Source of the DNA: an uncultured Verrucomicrobiae bacterium | GTDB lineage: Bacteria; Verrucomicrobiota; Verrucomicrobiia; Limisphaerales; Palsa-1400 | Direction of reading: 5' to 3' | Assembly (NCBI GenBank): GCA_963702845.1 | Contig: OY969763.1 | Coordinates: 4,736,001 to 4,800,000 of the forward strand | Length of the DNA: 64,000 bases | Shown here: positions 10,290 to 17,883 of the stretch, in pieces | Numbering within the stretch: position 1 is the first letter of the stretch | Layout: the number at the start of each line of letters is the position of its first letter | Position numbers and translations under genes: made by a program | The notes under the pieces: model-generated | Databases searched by the model: none | What the model was told of the DNA's origin: nothing | What the model saw: only the letters and a program-made list of their open reading frames with translations

Positions 10290-10675
10290 AAAAAAAGCGG
10301 CAAAAAGTTACCGCGACTGGGTGTTACTGGGCGCGACTAGGCGTGACAAGTTGGAGTGCAGTCGCACCCCGGTCGCGGTAGCAGTCGCAGTCAGTCGCAC
10401 TCGCCTTTTTTGTGGCGGTCCATCGCCAGCTTGATTTGCTGGTGTGGAGGCTGAGTTACTATTTTCAGCACGATAACTACTATGGGGCGAACACCCCATA
10501 TCGCAGTTTGGATTTCTCCCTAGAGTTCTATGCGTAACCAAAAGCAATGACTCTGGACTGTCTAAACCGCCGCACGCCGCCGCCGCATCGCAATTGAGAC
10601 TGCAGTGCAATATTTCGGCGGCCGACGACGAAGCGAATGCAGTTCTGGAACAAAACAACAAATTGGAAAACCATT

Positions 10676-11500
10676 ATGCTGCATACTCAAAACATACTCA
10701 AAAAACATCTAAGGATAGTCTTTATCGTCGCCGGGGCGCTCTTTGCGCACCATAACGCGATTGCAATTCCGACTGTAGACCTTGGGTCCGCCTCTGGTTT
10801 TGCCGTCCTGGCTGGCTCTGCAATTACAATAGCTGGCCCTGTCAATTCGACCACCATAACTGGAGATATCGGTTCCTATCCAACCGCCTCCATCAGCGGC
10901 ACTGGAAACCTTGTCCTAAACGGGGTAAACCACGGAGGCGATGCGGTCACTCAGAACGCCAAAAACGATCTAACCGCTGCGTATGTCAATGCTGCCTCAC
11001 GGACGCCGACTACCACTTACGCTCCGATATTTGATCTCGGCGGATCAACACTATCATCCGGTATTTACTTCGACCCCTCGTCATTCGGGCTTACAGGGAT
11101 ATTGACGCTGGACGGCCACGGCGATGCTAATTCAGTGTTTATTTTCCAAACCGTTTCTGCTCTTACCACCGCTTCGAGCAGCCAGATCAATCTGATTAAT
11201 GGCGCGCAGTCCTGCCACGTTTTTTGGGCGATTGGCAGTTCGGCAACGCTCGGAACGGACTCTGCCTTTGTGGGAAATATCTTAGCTTTAACATCCATTA
11301 CCCTGGATACAGGTGCGACATTGGATGGCCGGGCGCTGGCGCAGAATGGTGCTGTCACCCTTGACAACAACGTTATTACAAAATCCGATTGTTTGGATAC
11401 TCCATCTACATCTGTGCCGGATACAGGAAGTACAGCGTTGCTGCTCGGTCTCGGAGTGGTGCCGCTGTTTGCTTTCAGGCGCTCGATACGTTCCGTGTGA
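10676..11500 (+). CDS. Ice-binding-like protein (DUF3494) with VPDxG-CTERM (PEP-CTERM-like) sorting signal
   Basis: VDLGSASGFAVLAGS.IT, AKNDLTAAY, GDANSVFIFQ, VFWAIGSSATLGT.S.FVGNILA and GRALAQNGAVTLDNN motifs; C-terminal VPDTGST-hydrophobic-RR. Confidence 0.9.
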   Translation: MLHTQNILKKHLRIVFIVAGALFAHHNAIAIPTVDLGSASGFAVLAGSAITIAGPVNSTTITGDIGSYPTASISGTGNLVLNGVNHGGDAVTQNAKNDLTAAYVNAASRTPTTTYAPIFDLGGSTLSSGIYFDPSSFGLTGILTLDGHGDANSVFIFQTVSALTTASSSQINLINGAQSCHVFWAIGSSATLGTDSAFVGNILALTSITLDTGATLDGRALAQNGAVTLDNNVITKSDCLDTPSTSVPDTGSTALLLGLGVVPLFAFRRSIRSV

Positions 11501-11515
11501 GTCCGTGCCGCCGTG

Positions 11516-12124
11516 CTAATCCGTGTGCGCCCTCCTCATCGAGGTGCGCACGCGGTACAGCCTCTCCGTAAATCCACCTTCTTTTTCAAAAGCACTCGCC
11601 TGCGCCTTCAGTTGTTTATCCAACAACCAGCAACACAGATTCAGCAAAGACAGGGCCCCATTCGCCGCCAACTCACACGAAGACACAGACACACACCGAC
11701 TCTCACGGACCTTCGCCGACGCAGACCGACGCCGCTCATCAGTGATCCACTCTCGAAACTGCTTCAACGTCGCACACCTTGTCGCCTTAAACCTTTTCAA
11801 GACTGGATCATCCACAGCCAGAATCTTAAATCCGCGTTGCCGCAAAAAATCTTCATAATCCAGCCGCAACTCTTCGAGACTTGCGCGCGCCACATTCGTG
11901 AGCCTCAGTTCCGTTTTCTTCGAAGTTCCCGAAGCTTGGCTACCCTCTGCAATATTCTGCACGCCGCTTCGCGCCGCCTGAACCATTTGGTCCCTCGTGC
12001 GACTTTTCAATTCCACATAACGTTCACAAAACCGCACCGTCACGTCATAAATGAGCTGCCCGAGTTGAAACGTTTTGAGCTTTCGATACCCGCCGTGTTC
12101 CGGAATCAATTCCTCACGATTCAT
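11516..12124 (-). CDS. Four-helix-bundle protein (23S rRNA-IVP/Avd-like family) with C-terminal suffix region
   Basis: HGGYRKLKTFQ, RTRDQMVQAARSGVQNIAEGS, LTNVARASLEELRLDYEDFLRQR and F.KEGGFTERLY motifs. Confidence 0.88.
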   Translation of the reverse strand: MNREELIPEHGGYRKLKTFQLGQLIYDVTVRFCERYVELKSRTRDQMVQAARSGVQNIAEGSQASGTSKKTELRLTNVARASLEELRLDYEDFLRQRGFKILAVDDPVLKRFKATRCATLKQFREWITDERRRSASAKVRESRCVSVSSCELAANGALSLLNLCCWLLDKQLKAQASAFEKEGGFTERLYRVRTSMRRAHTD

Positions 12125-12204
12125 CAACACCGATTAACAGCTATCCTGCGTCCTCCTGTCAACCACAGCATTTGAGCACAGCCGTCGTCCCTCTCTCATT
12201 TCGC

Positions 12205-12268
12205 GTTCGTCCATGGGTGTCCGTGCAGGTCTGTGTGAGTCCGTGTGAGTCCGTGAAAGTCCGTGTCC
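12205..12268. repeat. 10-bp-period tandem repeats (GTCCGTGTGA); also at ~11490-11530 and 12504-12549, and inverted at ~11675-11712
   Basis: gtccgtgcaggtctgtgtgagtccgtgtgagtccgtgaaagtccgtgtc. Confidence 0.8.
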
Positions 12269-12269
12269 C

Positions 12270-12360
12270 CATCGCATGCTCGGCCGTCGCAGCAACCCAG
12301 CCGCCCGCAACCTCGCCGTCATCGTCCGCACCATCGGCCACGATCTAAAACTAAAACCCC
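12270..12360 (+). pseudogene. 3' remnant of an HTH transcriptional regulator/addiction-module antidote
   Basis: Translates HRMLGRRSNPAARNLAVIVRTIGHDLKLK, resembling the HRML....NP...NL C-terminus of such regulators; the 5' part is replaced by the repeat array. Confidence 0.4.
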
Positions 12361-12652
12361 AAATCAAAACCTCCACCTCTCATTTACCCCGCGGTTTCAA
12401 CCCGGGGTAATGCGGCCAAACCCACAAACTACCCAACCGGTTCCAACGGTTTCCTCTGCCCTTTGTAATCTGCAATCTGTAATTTGTGATTTGCAGGCCT
12501 GTCGTCCGTGTGAGTCTGTGTTCGTCCGTGCAGGTCCGTGTGAGTCTGTTCTTCCCCGCCCCTGGCCCCCGATCGCTCCACCAAAAAAATCCTGAAAGGA
12601 TTAGAACCACTCAGCCCATGGTTGCGCGTTGCGCTACCCTGGGTAAAAACAT

Positions 12653-12692
12653 CCCAAACGAAGTTTCACGACAGCGCGACGACGGAGTTAAT
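12653..12692 (+). repeat. 40-bp direct repeat, copy 1
   Basis: CCCAAACGAAGTTTCACGACAGCGCGACGACGGAGTTAAT; 38/40 identical to 13817-13856. Confidence 0.9.
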
Positions 12693-12716
12693 GATTTTTT
12701 TCTCGGTCAATACGCC

Positions 12717-13633
12717 TCACTGGCGTGACGAAGTCGCATTGTGTCCGTCCTCTAGTTCATTGCCAGTAGTGAACTCGTCAAACCGTCCATTGCGATACAC
12801 GAAAAGCTTCCGGGTCAGACGATAAGACCCGCCAGTTGAAGCTTGTTTCACCATCAGCTTCATCTTCTCAATGCCCTGCGGATCCTGGCTTCCGGTCACC
12901 AACAATAAGTCACGAGTCGGAATGGCAACGACCCTGTCTCCTTTCACATCCATTTCAATGTTGGTCCAAACCGAATCGAGCACCAGCAGGCTGGCTTCGT
13001 AGTCTCCTCCCGCAGTAATTATGTAAAGACCGTTTGTCCCGTGGCGTTTAATCTCGGGAAGAAGGCGTTCAAGATTCGCGCAGGCAAGCGCTCTCAGATC
13101 GACCTCTCGATCTTCGCCAACTCCAAATCGCTCAATTCCAGATAACGAATGCTCTTCGGCGAATCCTGCACATAAAAAACCACGAGATCCGGGTTCAAGT
13201 CTTCGTAGACCCATTCTGGGGGCTTCTTTGCGCCGCGGCTGACAAATACCTGTCGAGTTTCCTCCAACCAGGCACGGTCTTTAATAACTGGCACAATCCG
13301 CGTGCGGTCCATTCCACCTCGGTTCGGATCGAAGCTCTCTAAGCCTGCCACGACGAATCGCTGTATCACGTCTGCCTTTGATTTGGGATCCTGCTTGTAC
13401 AGGTCATAAGCGTTGTTCAGGAACGACGTTGAGCCGTGCCCATCAGCAGACGTGACTCTGACTTCCAAGTCCCTTACGATGGCCAGCTTAAGTCCCGGGT
13501 TCGCTTTTCTGAGTGCATCGGCAAATTCGAGAGTGAACTGGTTTGGCATGATAATATCAGAGTGCGAGCAACCGGAAGATAATCCGAGCGCGGCAAGCAG
13601 GACCTGCACGATGCGTTTGATATATTTGCCCAA
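12717..13633 (-). pseudogene. DUF1444-like lipoprotein, frameshifted near 13100
   Basis: ORFs 13094..13750 and 12717..13214 join (..LAKIERS/DLRALACANL..GGDYEASLL..VVAIPTRDLLLVTG); lipobox-like LSSGC. One missing G restores the frame. Confidence 0.65.
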
Positions 13634-13816
13634 AATCTTTACCGAGAACTTTATGTTTCGTACCTCTGGTGTTGTTGTAAAAGCTATTTGGTCGGTTGTG
13701 CCCAAGCAACCGCAGAATATGCGCGAGTCCTTGCAAACACTCTGCCGCAACCATATTCCAAAATCCCGAAGGGATGACTGAAACTAGCCCGGCGTTTTAA
13801 CGCCGGCTACAAGTAA

Positions 13817-13856
13817 CCCAAACGAAGTTTCACGAAAGCGCGACGAAGGAGTTAAT
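13817..13856 (+). repeat. 40-bp direct repeat, copy 2
   Basis: CCCAAACGAAGTTTCACGAAAGCGCGACGAAGGAGTTAAT. Confidence 0.9.
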
Positions 13857-13934
13857 AAATTCTGGTCGTGTGAGAGCGTGCTGGTCCGCATTCCCAAATT
13901 GCGCATTACAACCAACACGATGTAGCCTTTCCCC

Positions 13935-14885
13935 ATGAAGCTACCGGTAGAGGGGACGCCATTGCTACCACCAGATATCGCCGCTCCTGAAAAACAACTG
14001 CTCACATATCGCTCGCACCCGCGTCTATTCGCGATTCCGCCAACCGCAACGGCAGCAGAAGGAGAATTCGAGGGGCTCTATTTATGCGAGCGTCACGTTC
14101 ATCGCCACGGCGCAAACCTTCCACCCTACATCGGCGATTACACAATTTCCATCGAAGGCGGCGTTGAAAGCTCCGGTCAACTACTCGAGGTGGGATCCAA
14201 GCTCGGAGCGATGACCGCTGATTTAGACCGATTCTTTGTCTACGCATGCGGAGAACCGCTGCTTCCAGTTGGTTTCTCGTTTTCGTTCGATTCAACACCG
14301 AACGGATGGCAGTCGAATCGCGACGATCTCAAAGATTACTTCTTGCAGCATTGCACGAAAACAATCGCAGTCGTTCGTGTTACAAACCAGAAATGGATCT
14401 CAATGCCATATTTTCCGTTGCGTCCTGCCCTAGAAGCGAGAGACAGATTTAAATCGGCGGATACAATAACGGCGGCATTGGTCGACCTTCACTACGGTGC
14501 GCTCAAAGTGCCGATCGGCGAAGGAAGACTGTTTTCTTTGGCTCGAGGACTCGAACTTGCGCGAAAGGTAATCCCTGGCAACGATGACGACGCAAAAGAA
14601 AAGAACCTTGCGTTGCCGGTGGGCGCTCTTAAGCGATCTCTGCACTGGCTGTTTGATGTAGGCAATAACCGGTACAATACGCGGCACGTGGTGAAGCGAG
14701 GTGCCCCAGCTGCCGTTCTGCACCCGCGCATGACAGGCGAAGAGTTGACTGACTACCAATCGGACGCCGATTACGTCCTTCGTAAGCTGATATGCGACAG
14801 GCTTAAGATATTGTGTCCGAATCTACAGCCGGCTGGTCCAAGTATGGAAACGCAGCAATCCCAACACACCGAAGGTGCGTCGTAA
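13935..14885 (+). CDS. Hypothetical protein with possible C-terminal HEPN domain
   Basis: 316-aa ORF; helical C-terminus with LFDVGNNRYNTRH (R-x4-H). Confidence 0.55.
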   Translation: MKLPVEGTPLLPPDIAAPEKQLLTYRSHPRLFAIPPTATAAEGEFEGLYLCERHVHRHGANLPPYIGDYTISIEGGVESSGQLLEVGSKLGAMTADLDRFFVYACGEPLLPVGFSFSFDSTPNGWQSNRDDLKDYFLQHCTKTIAVVRVTNQKWISMPYFPLRPALEARDRFKSADTITAALVDLHYGALKVPIGEGRLFSLARGLELARKVIPGNDDDAKEKNLALPVGALKRSLHWLFDVGNNRYNTRHVVKRGAPAAVLHPRMTGEELTDYQSDADYVLRKLICDRLKILCPNLQPAGPSMETQQSQHTEGAS

Positions 14886-15242
14886 TATTTCCATCGACAA
14901 TCCTATTAATGCCCGTTTGAGCTACCAATTTTCTGCGCTTCGGCCGGAATGATATAAACGGTCGTGAGAAGGTTCTCCACTACCTCGAACGCTGCGTATA
15001 ACCCATCCTCGGTATTCGCTTTGATTTCGTGGGCTGCTCCATTTCCTAGAACCCGTATTTGCTGCAAAATGTCGCGCCTTCGGCGGTGATGACACCTCGC
15101 TGTGTTAAGTCATTAATCCGTTGCTTGAGATCGTTGCAGGTTGGTGGCGCCATTAACTGGGCCGCGTCGGCCCGATGACTTCAGCGCCCTCACTTCGAAA
15201 TCACAAAATATTTGGCGTCAGTCCTTGATGAGCCGTAAACAC

Positions 15243-15983
15243 CTACCAATACAAATTAGTCCGACTAGGTGCCGGATAATCCGACGGATTATCCCCAAGC
15301 ACCGGTGGGAAAGCAAAATACGCAACATGCCCGTCGCCAAAGAGCATGTTGAAACGACGCTGGCCTTTGTCGTTGTGCCACCACGTGCTTGAGTCGGTGC
15401 CAACGTCGTTCGATGGGAGCTCCCAATCCCAATCACCTTGGATAATTTTATTGCCCGGACTAGTCGCAATTTCACTCGCTTTGATGGGCACGGCCCCATC
15501 GGCATAAGACGGGTCTGAGTCCGCAGTGACATGTTGAACCATCCAGTCGTCCACGTCGTGTTGCGGGCAGTAACTATTTCCATAAGACACGAAACAGTTA
15601 TCCACCTGGTACCTGGCTTCGCCCCTGTCCGAGGGACAGCGCCAGGCCGTCGCAGCGGGTACATATCGATTCAAAACCCGGTTGGCATAGTCGTTGGTAG
15701 TGCCGAAAGCAGCGGCGACACCCGAATCAAGAGTATCGGCGCCCCGTTGGCCTCCAGCCGAAGCCCAACCGCGAATGCGGGGGTACCAATCACTATTATC
15801 GCTGACGTACATCTGCCAGCCCAAGCCGATCTGATGCTGGTTGCTGGTGCACTGCGCCAGTTGGGCCTTCTTTTTGGCCCGGCTCAGCACTGGCAGCAGC
15901 AACGCGGCCAGGATCGCGATAATGGCGATGACCACCAGCAACTCTATCAGCGTGAATGCCCGCCTCATTTTCATGTCGTCCAC
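15243..15983 (-). CDS. Prepilin-type N-terminal cleavage/methylation protein with H-X9-DG C-terminal motif (DUF1559-like)
   Basis: [42 protein letters not shown]. Confidence 0.9.
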   Translation of the reverse strand: MDDMKMRRAFTLIELLVVIAIIAILAALLLPVLSRAKKKAQLAQCTSNQHQIGLGWQMYVSDNSDWYPRIRGWASAGGQRGADTLDSGVAAAFGTTNDYANRVLNRYVPAATAWRCPSDRGEARYQVDNCFVSYGNSYCPQHDVDDWMVQHVTADSDPSYADGAVPIKASEIATSPGNKIIQGDWDWELPSNDVGTDSSTWWHNDKGQRRFNMLFGDGHVAYFAFPPVLGDNPSDYPAPSRTNLYW

Positions 15984-15986
15984 TCG

Positions 15987-16409
15987 TTATATGTGCGCCG
16001 ATTGGGCGCAAACGCCGTGCATTCGCCTCTTCAACTCTTCAGCAACCCCCCGCGCATCCTTCGGCGTGATAAAAATCGTTTCGCAAGCAATCCGTCCCCT
16101 GATCGTAATCGCCAACCACTCACCCACCAACCGACTTTTATAAGAATAAACAGCAGGTCCGTAACGCAATAATGGCAGCAGTAAAACCACCTTGTACCAC
16201 GGCCACACCTCCACCGATGTCACGTCATCATAGCTGACCTTCCGCTTTCCCATTGCCAATGGGTTAGGAATTTCAAATCCATCGACCAAAAACTGAATAC
16301 CATCATAAACCAACTTTTCCGCTCCAGAGCCCTGGGCGACTTTTCTGAAACCCTTCAACACGAGGACTCCGACAATTCCGAAAAATAAAAGGACCAGAAA
16401 AATTTCCAT
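15987..16409 (-). CDS. Hypothetical membrane-anchored protein
   Basis: N-terminal TM helix, GAGGAG RBS, co-oriented with the downstream prepilin-type gene. Confidence 0.6.
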   Translation of the reverse strand: MEIFLVLLFFGIVGVLVLKGFRKVAQGSGAEKLVYDGIQFLVDGFEIPNPLAMGKRKVSYDDVTSVEVWPWYKVVLLLPLLRYGPAVYSYKSRLVGEWLAITIRGRIACETIFITPKDARGVAEELKRRMHGVCAQSAHI

Positions 16410-17109
16410 GGCGTCTCCTCACTCAGTGCATCCGACGAATCTCGTGTGGATCGTTGGCCTTCATTTGCCGATGTTGCCTCTCCGAAGAACGCCACGCAAG
16501 TCCTCGCAAATCACTTTCCTAGTAAAAGCTTATTTCCGCTAAGAAGGTTGCCCCACCAAAACCCATAAACTCCTTCGATGATTGAGCCAGTAAAATCGGC
16601 AGCAATCCCTTCCCATCTGCGAAATCCCGTGATTCCTCTCTTTGTGCTCTCTGCGATCTTTGCGGTTAAATATTCTTCAACTTGCCGCAGCCGCGCGTTG
16701 GACGTTGGCCATTCGCCTCTCAAGTTTTGAGTTTTAAGTTTCCTCTCTGCGCCTTTGCTTCTTTGCGCCTTCGCGTTGAAAACCTCCTTCAACTTCCATG
16801 CCAACCACCTAAAAACGCACGATTTCGTCATAAAAAAGTGCTGTTTCTTTCCCTGATTTCCCTCCTTTCCCTACATTTTTTGACCAGTCGCTACTTCCTG
16901 CCATAATTCACCTACGCGGGTCGCTGGGACCGAATGGCCCCACGCGCAAGCGTGCCGCTGAGCAATAACGCTCGTCGGCCTGTCCTCCATAGCTTCACGC
17001 GAAGGAGGAAACATTAAAATGTACACTTATGCACAACGCTCGCACTTGTCATCACACCTTGGCGTCCTTCGCGCCCTTCGCGAGACAAGAAGGGAACCGG
17101 AACTTCCGG

Positions 17110-17159
17110 CCGAACCATTCCGAACCAAACCGAAGTAATCCGAACCATTCCGAAGATAA
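17110..17159 (+). repeat. Five 10-bp tandem units (CCGAA-N5) directly upstream of the terminase small subunit
   Basis: CCGAACCATT CCGAACCAAA CCGAAGTAAT CCGAACCATT CCGAAGATAA. Confidence 0.8.
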
Positions 17160-17164
17160 AAATT

Positions 17165-17881
17165 ATGAACACTGAAACCAGCACCCACCGCCGTAAAGGC
17201 CACATCGCCCGATTGCCGAAGGCCCTTCGCGACAAGGTCAACTCCATGCTCGATGATGGCGCGACCTACGGCGCGATCATCGAGGAACTAAACAAATCCA
17301 CCAACCCTCCCCTGCCCCATCCCGTCACCGAAGACAACGTGGGCACATGGAAAGAAGGCGGCTACCAGGATTATTTGCGCAACCAACAATACCTCGACGA
17401 AATTCGTCTGCGCCAATATCCATCCGAAGACTTCGCCCAGAACTTCGACGCCACATCCGTCGGCAACGCCACCATTCAACTCGGCATGCTCCACGTCTTC
17501 GAATCATTGCGCGCCCTCGGCTCAGGCAAACTCGACCTCAGCAACGATCCCATGGCCTTTGCCCGCGTCATGAACTCCGTCGCGCGCGCCAGCCGCGAAC
17601 TCATGCTCCTGCAAAAATATCAGGATGCCAACGCCCTCGCGCGGCTGAAACTCCAACCCCTTCTCGATCCAGAGCGCGAACTCACCGACAGCGAAACCAA
17701 AGCCATCGTCAGCCAGGTCGACAAAATCCTCGGCTTATCCGGCCCCTTACCTGACCTCGTTTCAATTGGTAGGGACGATCGCGCGGTTCGCGGAGCGAAC
17801 AACAAAACAATTTGTTCTAATGTCACGTCGTCCGTTCCGCCGTCGTCCGCTCTCAACACTCAACCATCAACCAACAACTAA
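17165..17881 (+). CDS. Mu gp27-like (DUF3486) protein, putative terminase small subunit
   Basis: N-terminal RKGHIARLPKALRDKVNSML..G.TY..II..L HTH-like motif; 2 bp upstream of terL. Confidence 0.65.
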   Translation: MNTETSTHRRKGHIARLPKALRDKVNSMLDDGATYGAIIEELNKSTNPPLPHPVTEDNVGTWKEGGYQDYLRNQQYLDEIRLRQYPSEDFAQNFDATSVGNATIQLGMLHVFESLRALGSGKLDLSNDPMAFARVMNSVARASRELMLLQKYQDANALARLKLQPLLDPERELTDSETKAIVSQVDKILGLSGPLPDLVSIGRDDRAVRGANNKTICSNVTSSVPPSSALNTQPSTNN

Positions 17882-17883
17882 TT

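Noticed and set aside
8987..10303. 438-aa minus-strand ORF
   Set aside because: Antisense to the glycoside hydrolase; begins in the REP palindrome (VAQTSKSAVS).
10520..10600. c-di-GMP-I riboswitch (TCTAAACC resemblance)
   Set aside because: Lacks the GGCAAA/GNRA P2 elements and the GCAAAG motif.
11516..12124. Diversity-generating retroelement (Avd-like gene)
   Set aside because: No reverse transcriptase and no TR/VR pair with adenine-specific mismatches seen in the window.
12205..12550. Possible CRISPR array
   Set aside because: Units are 10-bp tandem repeats with no unique spacers, and there are no cas genes.
12653..13856. Canonical integron attC sites
   Set aside because: Only 40 bp, no RYYYAAC/GTTRRRY complementary ends or L-box palindrome, and no integrase; kept only as a non-canonical candidate.
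16511..16906. Short ORFs such as NAKAQRSKGAER
   Set aside because: Translations of low-complexity CTTTGCG-type repeats; not credible genes.
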